A stretch of DNA of 64,000 nucleotides from Enterobacteriaceae bacterium. GTDB lineage: Bacteria; Pseudomonadota; Gammaproteobacteria; Pseudomonadales; Pseudohongiellaceae. The DNA is taken from NCBI GenBank assembly GCA_038125665.1, contig JAYPEI010000002.1, forward strand, positions 179,311-243,310, given 5' to 3'. Of the stretch, positions 36,792-47,198 are shown piece by piece; the stretch's first letter is position 1; each line of letters opens with the position of its first letter. The notes below the pieces were generated by a model that had not been told where the DNA came from, searched no databases, and saw nothing but the letters and a program-made list of their open reading frames with translations. Both the position numbers and the translations under genes were made by a program.

Positions 36792-39476
36792 ATGAAGAAA
36801 CATGCATTTTCCTTAGTCCTATCGCTTGTTACCGCAAGTGGCTTCAGTACTTTGATAACGAGCCTAGCATACGCGCAGATGAATCACTCAACACATAACC
36901 ATGAGGCCAGTGAACATGAGGCTCACCATGATGCCCATCTTGCAGAAGCTGTAACAGTTAACGCACTAATGGCAGGACAATGGTCTGATGCTTCGATTTG
37001 GTCATCAGGTAAAGTACCTAGTGCAGGTTCGCTAGTGACCATAGGTGAGGGAATAGAGGTTGTATTGGATTCAGACACAGCGGCTTTACAAGGTTTGAAT
37101 CTCAATGGGAAATTAAGCTTTGCGGATAACAAAAAAATCGAGCTCACCACAGAGTGGGTACTGTTAACTGGTGAACTTGAAATAGGAAGTGCCACAACTC
37201 CTTATTCAGGTAATGCAACCATCACCCTAACAGATCATGTTACTGGTGAAAATATCAATGGTATGGGGGATCGTGGAATTCTATTAGTGGGTGGGACTTT
37301 GAATCTTCACGGCAACCGCAAAAATAGTTGGACTAAACTAACTTCTACTGCCGAAGTTGGTAGTAAGGTTATAGAGGTCATGGATGGTAGCGGTTGGAGA
37401 GAAGGGGACCAAATAGTATTAGCCTCCACTGACTTCAATCCCCGTCAGGCAGAACGCCGATATATTGATAAAATTCGAGGTAACAAAATCACCTTGGATG
37501 AGCCGTTAGAGTTCATGCATTTTGGGCAGATAACTTATGGAGTCGATGAACGTGGTGAAGTTGGTTTACTGTCACGAAACATTAAAATTCAAGCCTCAGA
37601 GGATGCTGAAAAAACATTCTTTGGTGGCCACATCATGGCGATGGTTACCAGTAAAATGTATGTTGATGGTGTTGAGTTGACCCGGATGGGCCAAAACCTT
37701 GAATTAGCTAGATACCCCATTCACTGGCACCTTGTCGGAGAAGGCGGGGCGGGTCAGTATCTTGTTAACACTGCCATCTATGATACTTACAATCGTTGTG
37801 TCACAGTTCATGGAACGAATGATTTAAAAGTAGAAAATAACGTCACCTACAACACTGTTGGGCATTGTTTTTTCATGGAGGATGGAATTGAGACAGGTAA
37901 CGAGTTTATACGAAATTTAGCGATTCAAACCAAATGTCACACTTCTCTCGCCTGCGATCCAACTAACTTGGCTCCTTTCGGGTCATCTCCAGATGGATTA
38001 AATTTTAAAACCACAGGTCAAGACTCTCCCCACATTCTCATACCATCTGATAACACTGCGTCTTCATTCTGGATTACTAATCCAGACAACACCTACAGAG
38101 GTAACGTGGCAGCAGGTTCTGATTCAACAGGTTTTTGGTTTGCATTTCCTGAGCATCCAACTGGTGCATTCGAGGGCTCTGAGATTAGTCAAGCTACTTG
38201 GCCTCGACGGACTAAATTTCGTGAGTTTTCAGGAAACGTAGCCCACTCTAACTTCGATGGGTTTATGGGTGACCGTGCTCCTCGTGCGGATGGTCATTTT
38301 GCAGTGGGTGGCTATATAGCTCTATCAGACCCCTCAGATCCAAACAGTAAACAAGTAGAGTCAGTTGTTGAGGATTTCACAACCTATAAAAATCGGAACA
38401 GTGGTATCTGGGCCCGTGGAGAATTACATCTCTATAAGGGTCTAAAAATGGCTGATAATGGTATAGGTTTCACCCATGCTTCTGGAGCCTTTGGGCAGGC
38501 CCCGTACACGTCTCGAGTAGTTGATTCAGTTTTTGTGGGTGAATCTGAAAATATCGGAAACCCTGAGTCTAGTTCAGAAATGGCCTATGGAAGAAGTTTG
38601 CCTCAACCTATGTTGGCAGATTTTCCAATCAGGGCTTATGAGTTTTATGATTATCATCATCAGTTGGAAAATAATACTTTTATCAACTATCAAGATAATG
38701 AAACCCGCAAGACTGGAGCTGTCTCGTACCTTCTATTCACCAGCTTTGGGATGAGTTCAAATAATTATCTAGAACGATCTACTTTCATAAACGCTAAACC
38801 AGTATATTTCCCACGAATTGATAACCGTTGGAGTAACGACGATTACGGTAATACGATTTATAAGACCTCAGTTTTCAATGATCGAGATGGAACTATAACT
38901 GGCATACCAGGCTCATATATTTTAAATGATACCGGGTATGATGCCGATGACAAATGTGAGTCTAGAGCTAGCTGGAATGCACTTGTATGCACCGGAGACA
39001 TGGGGCGTATGACGGTTGGTGGTGGCGGACCCGTTGGATTTAGTTTTGGTGGTGGGTCGCGCCCGACTACGCCACCAGTATTTGAAATTGCTCCAGGTGG
39101 TGGACGTATTCGTGGTCGTCCACCTGAGGGTCCTCAAATTCTTCTAAGCAGAAATGGCAAAAAATTTAAAGCAGAAAGTGAAACAAATGTACGGTCTGGA
39201 AGTGAATATAGGGTTGAAACAATGAGAGAGACCCTAAATCTAAACGTCAAAGAATTAGATGAAGGTTCATGGGTGATTTTTGAGTTGCCAGGTTTTAGTA
39301 TCGCCGACAAAGCAGAAGAACAAAGAAGCCTCGATAATCTGCATGATGCCAAGGTGACATCTTTCTACAAGGGGGAAAAGTCTCTTTGGGTGAAACTGGT
39401 ATCCACTGGTGATGTTTTGGGAAGCGCTCAAGGTAAGGGGCCTGGGCCAGGAGAAAGCGTTAGTGTCAGTCGTTAA
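36792..39476 (+). CDS. secreted G8-domain / parallel beta-helix protein (CEMIP/TMEM2-like), copy 1, with His-rich N-terminus
   Basis: It has a signal peptide and a His-rich stretch. The G8-like pattern is GQWSDASIWSSGKVPSAGSLVTIGEG...LNLNGKLSFAD...EWVLLTGELEIG...ATITL. It is followed by VLASTDFNPRQAE, ARYPIHWHLVGEGG, NRCVTVHGT and GHCFFMEDGIETGN. Confidence 0.8.
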   Translation: MKKHAFSLVLSLVTASGFSTLITSLAYAQMNHSTHNHEASEHEAHHDAHLAEAVTVNALMAGQWSDASIWSSGKVPSAGSLVTIGEGIEVVLDSDTAALQGLNLNGKLSFADNKKIELTTEWVLLTGELEIGSATTPYSGNATITLTDHVTGENINGMGDRGILLVGGTLNLHGNRKNSWTKLTSTAEVGSKVIEVMDGSGWREGDQIVLASTDFNPRQAERRYIDKIRGNKITLDEPLEFMHFGQITYGVDERGEVGLLSRNIKIQASEDAEKTFFGGHIMAMVTSKMYVDGVELTRMGQNLELARYPIHWHLVGEGGAGQYLVNTAIYDTYNRCVTVHGTNDLKVENNVTYNTVGHCFFMEDGIETGNEFIRNLAIQTKCHTSLACDPTNLAPFGSSPDGLNFKTTGQDSPHILIPSDNTASSFWITNPDNTYRGNVAAGSDSTGFWFAFPEHPTGAFEGSEISQATWPRRTKFREFSGNVAHSNFDGFMGDRAPRADGHFAVGGYIALSDPSDPNSKQVESVVEDFTTYKNRNSGIWARGELHLYKGLKMADNGIGFTHASGAFGQAPYTSRVVDSVFVGESENIGNPESSSEMAYGRSLPQPMLADFPIRAYEFYDYHHQLENNTFINYQDNETRKTGAVSYLLFTSFGMSSNNYLERSTFINAKPVYFPRIDNRWSNDDYGNTIYKTSVFNDRDGTITGIPGSYILNDTGYDADDKCESRASWNALVCTGDMGRMTVGGGGPVGFSFGGGSRPTTPPVFEIAPGGGRIRGRPPEGPQILLSRNGKKFKAESETNVRSGSEYRVETMRETLNLNVKELDEGSWVIFELPGFSIADKAEEQRSLDNLHDAKVTSFYKGEKSLWVKLVSTGDVLGSAQGKGPGPGESVSVSR

Positions 39477-39528
39477 TATTTTTTTGTCTCTACGCCATCT
39501 GAGTTAAAAGTAAATTAGAAATTAAAAT

Positions 39529-39558
39529 GGGGTAGGTGAATCGCCCACCCCGTTGTTT
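39529..39558 (+). terminator. probable terminator after G8 gene copy 1
   Basis: Stem ggggtagg / cccacccc (8 bp, one mismatch) with a 7-nt loop, followed by gttgttt. Confidence 0.5.
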
Positions 39559-39696
39559 CAAGAAGTCCTCAGACTAGTAGAGATATTATTATTTACAGTC
39601 TTATGTTGGTCCTCAGTAGTTTCTTTTGCTAATTTCTGAAGAAAGTTTTATAGAGTTTTGTGTGTTCAATAACCAGCTTAGTAATGGGGAATGTAA

Positions 39697-42342
39697 ATGA
39701 GATCTGGTTTCTTTTTCTACATGTCGATCTTGTTATCAGGAGTTTGCTCTTTTCAGCTGCAGGCTGAAGAGGCTATAAAATCTGGCCTTTGGTCTGATTC
39801 ATCGATTTGGTCAAACGGAGAACTTCCCAAAGTCGGCGCTAAGGTGAGCATTGCTAAAGAGGTCAACGTTATTCTTGATGTCACGCCTCCCTCTTTGAAC
39901 GGTCTGACGATCAATGGCAAATTAAGCTTCTCAGATGAGACTGATATTGAGTTAAGTACAGAATGGATAATGGTGTTCGGAGAGTTGGAAATTGGCACAG
40001 AGTCCATACCTCATGAAAGACGAGCCATTATTACTCTTACAGATAATGTCCCTGATGAGCAAATGATGGGCATGGGAGATCGTGGCATCATGCTTTCTGG
40101 TGGCACACTAAATTTACATGGTAATCGCTCCAATGCTTGGACAAAACTGGATCAAACTGCAAGAGCCGGAGCAAACACCATCACAGTTTTGAACGCAGCT
40201 CAATGGGAAGTTGGTGATCAAATAGTCCTGGCGTCAACAGACTTTAACCCGCGACAAGCCGAAACTCGGTTTATTCAAGCTATTGATGGCAATACCCTCA
40301 CGCTTGATATCCCTCTGGAGTTCATGCACTACGGTGAGATAACTTATGGGATAGATGAACGCGGGGAGGTTGGCTTGCTAACTCGTAATATTAAGATTCA
40401 GTCTTCTGAAGATTCTTTGGAGTCTTACTTTGGTGGTCATGTGATGGCTATGGTAACCAGTAAAATGTTTGTCGATGGGGTTGAGTTAAACCGCATGGGG
40501 CAGCACATGGAATTAGCCCGCTACCCAATTCATTGGCACCTTGTGGGAGAGGGAGGAAAAGGGCAATACATAAAGAATACATCAATACACGATACTTTTA
40601 ATCGGTGTGTAACTGTGCATGGAACTCACGATTTGAAGATAGAAAATAATGTCACTTATAACACGATTGGGCACTGTTTTTTTATGGAAGATGGTATCGA
40701 AACAGGTAATGAATTCATCAGAAATTTGGCAATTCAAACCAAGTGTCACCCCACGAGACCATGCGTACCAAATAATTTAGCTGCTAATGGGGAAATTGGT
40801 ACTGAGAGTCGCCAGAATTTAAGAAAAATAAGTTTTTCCGGTGAGCACACTCTGTTACCTTCGGACAATACTGTTTCCTCTTTTTGGATTACTAACCCGG
40901 ATAACTCATACATAGATAACGTGGCCGCTGGCTCAGATGAAACAGGATTTTGGTTTTCAATTCCGCAACACCCAAACGGTGCATTTCTGGGTTCAGAATT
41001 AAGCATGAATATCTGGCCTAGGAGAACTGCTCTGCGTGCTTTCAAAGGTAATGTGGCTCATTCTAATTTCGATGGCTTCATGATTGACCGGCACATAGAC
41101 GAAGATAATACTTTTGGCTTGGCTTCCATTCCTCTACTGCCACTAACAGATCCAGAAGATCTTGAAAGTGAAGTCCTTGAATCTCACTTCGAAAACCTTA
41201 CTAGCTATAAAAACCGTAATGGTGGATTGTGGGGGAGAGGCGACATGTATGTCTATAGCAACATGAAGCTAGCAGATAACGCTATTGGCATGACACAAGC
41301 TGCAGGTGATATAGGCAGTCTACCTTTTAGTTCAAGGCTAGTCGACGCGCTAGTCGTAGGTGAAACAGATAATATTGGTAACCCGACAACGAATGAAGAG
41401 TTGGCATATGGACGTAGTTTGCCTAAACCGCTTATTCCAGATTTCCCTATTCGTGGTTACGAATATTACGACTACCGTGATGATGTTGTGAATCCAACTT
41501 TCATAAACTTCCAAGATAACTCTAGAAGAAATACTGGCGCGCTCTCCTTTTTGATGTTTACAAGTGCAGGATTGAGTACTAGAAGTACCATTAGTGGTGC
41601 AACTTTTATCAACGCTAAGCCAGTTTATTTCCCAAAGTATGATGCAAGGTTCGATAACGATAATCGTGGGGGTAATTCCTACAGAACGCTTTCAATCCAT
41701 GACCTGGATGGTTCAGTGAGTGGTATCCCAAATTCTTATATTTTATTAAACGATGGGGAGAATGATAGTGTTGCTAGTGATGAGACCTGTCAGTTGAAAC
41801 CTTCATGGAATGCTACAGTTTGTACTGGCGATATTGGTCGATTAAATCTGTCAGATAGTCGGGGAGAGTTACCTGCAGCTGTAGATCTTGAAACTCGTAC
41901 AGCGCGTTTTGCCTTACTGGCTTCACTAAGCCCAAATGCGCCAGACACTCCTTTAGTTAGGGCTCAACGCTCTGCGCTGTTTTCCAGACGTCCACCACAA
42001 GAGCCTATTAAATTGATGCGAAATGGTCGAGAGTTCAATATTTTCGGAGATCAAAGTACAGTAAAAGCTGGTACGGAGATTCAAGTAAAAACTGAAAGAG
42101 AGGAGGTTACTCTTAGTGTTAGTGAGTTGGAAGAAGGTGCTTGGTTAATCTTTGAATTACCCGGGTTTTCAAAGTCTGCTTCAGGGGCCCAACAACAGAG
42201 TATCGATGCATTACACGAAGCTAAGGAGACCTCTTGGTATCAAGAAGTAGATACACTTTGGGTGAAATTAGTGGCCAAGGCACCGATGAAACCGGTGGTT
42301 CGTCCCACGGATCTGCAGGCAAGCATTACAGTGACGCGTTAA
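39697..42342 (+). CDS. secreted G8-domain / parallel beta-helix protein (CEMIP/TMEM2-like), copy 2
   Basis: It has a signal peptide. The G8-like pattern is GLWSDSSIWSNGELPKVGAKVSIAKE...LTINGKLSFSD...EWIMVFGELEIG. The core motifs are identical to copy 1: VLASTDFNPRQAE, ARYPIHWHLVGEGG and GHCFFMEDGIETGNEFIRNLAIQTKCH. Confidence 0.8.
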   Translation: MRSGFFFYMSILLSGVCSFQLQAEEAIKSGLWSDSSIWSNGELPKVGAKVSIAKEVNVILDVTPPSLNGLTINGKLSFSDETDIELSTEWIMVFGELEIGTESIPHERRAIITLTDNVPDEQMMGMGDRGIMLSGGTLNLHGNRSNAWTKLDQTARAGANTITVLNAAQWEVGDQIVLASTDFNPRQAETRFIQAIDGNTLTLDIPLEFMHYGEITYGIDERGEVGLLTRNIKIQSSEDSLESYFGGHVMAMVTSKMFVDGVELNRMGQHMELARYPIHWHLVGEGGKGQYIKNTSIHDTFNRCVTVHGTHDLKIENNVTYNTIGHCFFMEDGIETGNEFIRNLAIQTKCHPTRPCVPNNLAANGEIGTESRQNLRKISFSGEHTLLPSDNTVSSFWITNPDNSYIDNVAAGSDETGFWFSIPQHPNGAFLGSELSMNIWPRRTALRAFKGNVAHSNFDGFMIDRHIDEDNTFGLASIPLLPLTDPEDLESEVLESHFENLTSYKNRNGGLWGRGDMYVYSNMKLADNAIGMTQAAGDIGSLPFSSRLVDALVVGETDNIGNPTTNEELAYGRSLPKPLIPDFPIRGYEYYDYRDDVVNPTFINFQDNSRRNTGALSFLMFTSAGLSTRSTISGATFINAKPVYFPKYDARFDNDNRGGNSYRTLSIHDLDGSVSGIPNSYILLNDGENDSVASDETCQLKPSWNATVCTGDIGRLNLSDSRGELPAAVDLETRTARFALLASLSPNAPDTPLVRAQRSALFSRRPPQEPIKLMRNGREFNIFGDQSTVKAGTEIQVKTEREEVTLSVSELEEGAWLIFELPGFSKSASGAQQQSIDALHEAKETSWYQEVDTLWVKLVAKAPMKPVVRPTDLQASITVTR

Positions 42343-42400
42343 AAAGCTCTGTTTATTTTTAGCTTTTTAAAAGAAGAAACCTCTTTAATCCTTGTAAATA

Positions 42401-42477
<77 letters not shown>

Positions 42478-42515
42478 TTACGCGGTATACATGCTTCCGA
42501 ATTCAGATTAAAGCC

Positions 42516-44372
42516 TTAATCATCAAGGAAGCTACGCAGATGATCTGAGCGAGTTGGATGACGTAGCTTGCGCAGTGCTTTCGCTTCAATCTGACGGATA
42601 CGTTCACGAGTAACATCGAACTGCTTACCGACTTCCTCAAGAGTATGGTCGGTATTCATATCAATACCAAAACGCATACGGAGAACCTTAGCTTCACGAG
42701 CTGTTAGTCCAGACAGCACTTCTCGAGTTGCTTCACGCAGGCCTTCTTCCATGGAGGAATCTACAGGTGAGTCTATATTACTGTCTTCAATGAAATCTCC
42801 CAAGTGTGAATCTTCATCATCACCAATTGGTGTTTCCATAGATATAGGTTCTTTTGCAATTTTTAGAACTTTTCGAATTTTGTCTTCACTAAGGTCCATG
42901 CGCTCACCAAGTTCTTCTGGTGTAGGTTCTCGACCCTTTTCATGCAGCATTTGACGGCTGATACGATTCAACTTATTGATGGTCTCGATCATATGTACGG
43001 GGATACGAATGGTCCGTGCTTGGTCCGCAATGGAACGTGTTATCGCTTGACGAATCCACCATGTTGCATAAGTAGAGAACTTGAAACCACGACGATACTC
43101 GAATTTGTCTACAGCCTTCATTAGGCCAATGTTACCTTCCTGGATAAGGTCTAGGAATTGTAATCCACGGTTGGTATATTTTTTGGCTATGGAGATTACA
43201 AGACGTAGATTGGCTTCAACCATATCTTTTTTCGCACGACGGCTCTTGGCTTCGCCGATAGACATCCGGCGGCTAATTTCTTTGATCTCGGATATAGTTA
43301 GTCCTGTTTCTTCTTCAAGTACAAGCATCTTGCGCTGAGCACGTAAGACTTCAATTTTTACTTTACTCAAAGTTTCGGCATAAGCTTTCTTTTTCAGGTG
43401 AGGTTCAATCCACTTAAGGTCAACCTCGTTCCCAATGAATCCCTTTATGAATATTGAGCGTGGCATCTTTCCGCTCTTAACACAAAGGGTCATGATGTTT
43501 TTCTCATGACGACGAATACGGCTTAGCGTGAGTCGAATATTGGCTAGCAAGGGATCGAGAGTTTTTGGAGACAACTTGAAGTATTTAAAAACCTCGCCAA
43601 GTTTCTCCAGAGCGTCTTGTGCCTTAGGATCTGTCCTGGGGGATTTCTTCAAGACTTTCTCAGTCGCTTTAAGAACTTTTCTTAATTCTTCAAAACGTGC
43701 TTTGGCAATTTCTGGATCTGGACCGCTAGAGGTATCATCGTCGTCTGTGGCAGGAGCAGCTGAACTATCTTCTTCCTCTTCCACATCGTCAGACACCGCA
43801 TCGCTATCTTCAGCAGATAGTCCATCATCGACAGTATCTTCGACAACTTCTTCTTCGTTAGTATCAAGGTATCCAGTGATCACATCACCTAAACGCTTAC
43901 CTTCATGTTCCACCATATCGTATTCTTGAAGCACATATTCTACCGAGCCTGGGAAATAGGCCACAGCAGACAAAGTTTCGCGCATACCTTCTTCAATTCT
44001 CTTTGCAATGGCGATTTCACCAATGCGAGTAAGAAGTTCAACAGTCCCCATTTCACGCATATACATGCGAACGGGATCTGTAGTTCTTCCAGCTTCATTT
44101 TCCACAGCGGCCAGGGCAGCCGCAGCTTCGGCGGCAGCTAGTTCATCAGTGGCTTCGCTTTCTATTAGCAATAATTCGTCGGCATCAGGAGCAGTCTCAT
44201 AGACCTTAATCCCCATGTCGTCGATCATCTGTATAATGTCTTCAACCTGATCTGGGTCCGAAATAGATTCCGGCAGATGGTCATTAACCTCTGCGTAAGT
44301 CAGATAGTTCTGTTCTTTCCCTTTAGCTATTAGGGCTTTTAGACTGGATTGTTGGGTGCTGATTTCGCTCAT
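42516..44372 (-). CDS. rpoD: RNA polymerase sigma-70 factor RpoD
   Basis: 618 aa with region 1.1, an acidic spacer, region 2 ([12 protein letters not shown]), region 3 and region 4 ([15 protein letters not shown]...[20 protein letters not shown]). Confidence 0.98.
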   Translation of the reverse strand: MSEISTQQSSLKALIAKGKEQNYLTYAEVNDHLPESISDPDQVEDIIQMIDDMGIKVYETAPDADELLLIESEATDELAAAEAAAALAAVENEAGRTTDPVRMYMREMGTVELLTRIGEIAIAKRIEEGMRETLSAVAYFPGSVEYVLQEYDMVEHEGKRLGDVITGYLDTNEEEVVEDTVDDGLSAEDSDAVSDDVEEEEDSSAAPATDDDDTSSGPDPEIAKARFEELRKVLKATEKVLKKSPRTDPKAQDALEKLGEVFKYFKLSPKTLDPLLANIRLTLSRIRRHEKNIMTLCVKSGKMPRSIFIKGFIGNEVDLKWIEPHLKKKAYAETLSKVKIEVLRAQRKMLVLEEETGLTISEIKEISRRMSIGEAKSRRAKKDMVEANLRLVISIAKKYTNRGLQFLDLIQEGNIGLMKAVDKFEYRRGFKFSTYATWWIRQAITRSIADQARTIRIPVHMIETINKLNRISRQMLHEKGREPTPEELGERMDLSEDKIRKVLKIAKEPISMETPIGDDEDSHLGDFIEDSNIDSPVDSSMEEGLREATREVLSGLTAREAKVLRMRFGIDMNTDHTLEEVGKQFDVTRERIRQIEAKALRKLRHPTRSDHLRSFLDD

Positions 44373-44487
44373 GGGTTACCAAGTAGTCTACCGAGAAAAC
44401 GTCTTCCAAACGGGGGGGGATGAATAGCCGGACATTATAATAGCCAATGCGCCGAAATTCCACTATGTGACACATTTTAAAATAATT

Positions 44488-46302
44488 TTACTGCTCCAAA
44501 GGTGGCACATCTAATGGAGGGAGTTCGTTGGTTGGCTCTGACTGAAAGTGCGTATGCAGTTTCTGTAGAGTTGCCGCTTTCAATTTTAGCTGCTGTTGTT
44601 GCTGTGTCAGTCCTGTAAGAAGCTCCTTGAATTCATGGGCAAATCCTTCTTTGGGGGTAATCAGCTCTCGGCTCAGCACTTGAGTTAACTGTTCGCTATA
44701 GTCAGTGGAATACAGACGTCCCATTAATTCGTGAGGGGAGGCATCTGGGCTAGAACGAGCTATTTCAATAACCTTAAGCAGCAAGAGGAGGTCTCTTGTT
44801 TGATATTGTTGAAAATCTTCCGGAAGTTCTACCTCTCTAAGTATAGAAGGCTGACGTATGAGTAGGTTCACCATGCGCATAGCAACACTGATAGTTTGCG
44901 GACGAGAGTTACGTTTTGACTGCTGTGGTAGGGAATTTCTCGAAAGAGTATTAGGTTTTTCAATGTAAGCTGGGGAGTTGGTCAAGTTTGCTGGGGGGGA
45001 AGCTAGTAAGTCATAACGGCTTACCCCTGTGAGCCTGCCTAGTTCGTCTAGCATTAGCTTGGAAAATACTCCCTCAGGAAGTTTTTGCAACAGTGGTTTA
45101 GCAGCACTGGCTAGTTGTGCCTTCCCTTCTGGCGAATCCATATCAAGCTTGGAACTCAGAGTTGAAAACAGAAAGTCTGCAAGCCTTGTCGCCTGTGCAA
45201 TCTGCGCCTCGAAGGCTTGCCGGCCTATCGTGCGCACATGAGTATCTGGGTCTTGACCATCTGGCAGAAATAAAAATCGTAGTGATCGTCCATCTTCCAT
45301 CAGTGGAAGCGCCACTTGTAAGGCGCGCCAAGCTGCCTCGCGGCCGGCATTATCACCATCAAAACAGAACACAATTTCACTTGTTTGTTTAAAAAGAGTA
45401 CGCAAGTGTTTTTCACTAGTAGCAGTACCCAGTGTGGCCACAGAGTTGTAGATACTATTCTGCGCTAAGGCAATCACATCCATGTAGCCTTCAACAAGCA
45501 AGTATCTCTCAAACTGACGGCGTTGCTGTTTGGCTTCGTATAGACCATAAAGCTCTTCGCCTTTGCGAAACACTTGTGTTTCAGGGGAATTCAGATACTT
45601 AGGTTTCTCATCACCCAAGACTCTTCCACCAAAACCGATTACACGCCCACGCACATCTCGTATAGGATAGATAATACGATCCCGAAAACGGTCATAATGA
45701 CTATGACGGTTATTTGAAGTATTTTTATCTCTACCGATGACAAGTCCAGCTTCTTCTAACAGTTTTACGGCCTCAGGCGTGCTACCAAATTCGCCCATGA
45801 CGTTTTCCCAACCTGGTGGTGCGTAACCAAGGTTGAAATCACGGGCGATCTCTCCCGTAATTCCTCGTTTTTTAAGATACGAAACAGCACGCTCTCTTGC
45901 GGGGTGGAGTTTCAATTGCTGTACGTACCACTTATTCACCTTAGCCAGTAATTCAAGTGTGGTGTCGTAACGAGATTTGGATGCCTTAGTGGCTTTGGTT
46001 TCTTCCCTTGGTACTTCTACTCCGGCCAAGCGCGCTAATTCTTCTACGGCATCTGGGAAATCTATGTTTTCATAGGCCATGAGAAAGCCTAGAGCATTCC
46101 CTCCTACGCCGCAGCCAAAGCAGTGGTAGAACTGCTTATCTGGTTGAACGCTGAAGGAAGGAGATTTTTCGTTATGAAAAGGGCATAGCCCCGAATAGTT
46201 TTTGCCAGCCTTGCGTAATTTAACACGACTATCAATAACTTCTAGGATATCCACCCTGTTGAGTAGTTCGTCGATAAATTGTTGAGGAATCAATCCGGCC
46301 AT
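44488..46302 (-). CDS. dnaG: DNA primase DnaG
   Basis: MAGLIPQQFIDELLNRVDI... aligns from residue 1 with E. coli DnaG. It has the zinc ribbon CPFHNEKSPSF...YHCFGCG and a TOPRIM domain (EGYMDV, DGDNAG). ATG at 46302 is preferred over the track start at 46332. Confidence 0.95.
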   Translation of the reverse strand: MAGLIPQQFIDELLNRVDILEVIDSRVKLRKAGKNYSGLCPFHNEKSPSFSVQPDKQFYHCFGCGVGGNALGFLMAYENIDFPDAVEELARLAGVEVPREETKATKASKSRYDTTLELLAKVNKWYVQQLKLHPARERAVSYLKKRGITGEIARDFNLGYAPPGWENVMGEFGSTPEAVKLLEEAGLVIGRDKNTSNNRHSHYDRFRDRIIYPIRDVRGRVIGFGGRVLGDEKPKYLNSPETQVFRKGEELYGLYEAKQQRRQFERYLLVEGYMDVIALAQNSIYNSVATLGTATSEKHLRTLFKQTSEIVFCFDGDNAGREAAWRALQVALPLMEDGRSLRFLFLPDGQDPDTHVRTIGRQAFEAQIAQATRLADFLFSTLSSKLDMDSPEGKAQLASAAKPLLQKLPEGVFSKLMLDELGRLTGVSRYDLLASPPANLTNSPAYIEKPNTLSRNSLPQQSKRNSRPQTISVAMRMVNLLIRQPSILREVELPEDFQQYQTRDLLLLLKVIEIARSSPDASPHELMGRLYSTDYSEQLTQVLSRELITPKEGFAHEFKELLTGLTQQQQQLKLKAATLQKLHTHFQSEPTNELPPLDVPPLEQ

Positions 46303-46391
46303 AGTCACTAAATAATAAGTTATTCGTGGCAACTTAGCACGTTGATAATTTAAGAGAGTATAGATGGGAAAAAATGGACGAAGAGTGAGGT

Positions 46392-46847
46392 TTAGGGCCC
46401 TAAGAGATTCTTAACCAACTTAGAGGCTTCTCCTAGATCACAACGTCCTTGGAGTTGAGGACGTATCAAATTCATTACTGCCCCCATATCACGAACAGAG
46501 ATGGCTCCAGAACTGGCAATGGCAGCTTTGATGATGGCGGTGGTTTCTTCATCTGATAGCTGTTGCGGCATGAAGTCTTGAATTACTTCAATTTCCGCCT
46601 GTTCTTTGGCGGCTAATTCAGGACGATTGCCGGCTACAAATTGTTTGATAGATTCTCGGCGCTGTTTGACCATTTTATCAAGCAGACTGAGTGCGCGTTC
46701 ATCTTCAACATCAATACGCTCATCGACCTCGATACGCTTGAACTCAGAAAGAATTAGCCTAATCGTATTGAGCCGATCCTGTTCACGAGCCTTCATCGCC
46801 TCTTTCATTGCTGAGACGATAGCATTTTTAATGGGGTGGTCGGCCAT
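46392..46847 (-). CDS. GatB/YqeY domain-containing protein
   Basis: 151 aa. KEAMKAREQDRLNTIRLILSEFKR is typical of the YqeY family. The position between rpsU and dnaG matches pseudomonad-type operons. Confidence 0.85.
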   Translation of the reverse strand: MADHPIKNAIVSAMKEAMKAREQDRLNTIRLILSEFKRIEVDERIDVEDERALSLLDKMVKQRRESIKQFVAGNRPELAAKEQAEIEVIQDFMPQQLSDEETTAIIKAAIASSGAISVRDMGAVMNLIRPQLQGRCDLGEASKLVKNLLGP

Positions 46848-46868
46848 TGGCGGTTTGAACAGTAAGAA

Positions 46869-47084
46869 CTAGTACAGACGCTGGGTACGACGAGTTTCGC
46901 GCGAAACTTTTTTTAGATGACGCTTGACTGCAGCAGCAGCTTTGCGCTTACGAATGGTAGTTGGCTTTTCGTAAAATTCACGACGACGGACTTCAGCCAG
47001 TACACCGGCTTTTTCACAGGAACGCTTAAAACGACGTAAGGCAACGTCGAAAGGTTCATTTTCTTTGATACGCACTACTGGCAT
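46869..47084 (-). CDS. rpsU: 30S ribosomal protein S21
   Basis: 71 aa, [42 protein letters not shown]..., near-canonical S21. Confidence 0.98.
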   Translation of the reverse strand: MPVVRIKENEPFDVALRRFKRSCEKAGVLAEVRRREFYEKPTTIRKRKAAAAVKRHLKKVSRETRRTQRLY

Positions 47085-47123
47085 AGAGTTGTTTCCATAA
47101 CTTGCTGGCTTTGAAGGTGGCGA

Positions 47124-47152
47124 ATTGTATAGGGTTGGCGCTCTAAATGCAA
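47124..47152 (-). promoter_or_regulatory. candidate sigma-70 promoter of the rpsU operon
   Basis: On the minus strand: TTGCAT (47152-47147), a 17-nt spacer, then TACAAT (47129-47124), about 40 nt upstream of the rpsU ATG. Confidence 0.5.
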
Positions 47153-47198
47153 AGCCAGTAGACTGCGCAGCTATAAATAATTGTCTGGAGCTGAAGTA

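Noticed and set aside
43528-43929. 133-aa ORF antisense to rpoD, with neighbouring antisense ORFs at 43905-44141 and 44008-44202
   Set aside because: It lies opposite the acidic, repeat-like spacer of rpoD. The Ser/Ala-rich low-complexity translation is a typical shadow ORF, with no RBS or independent signal.
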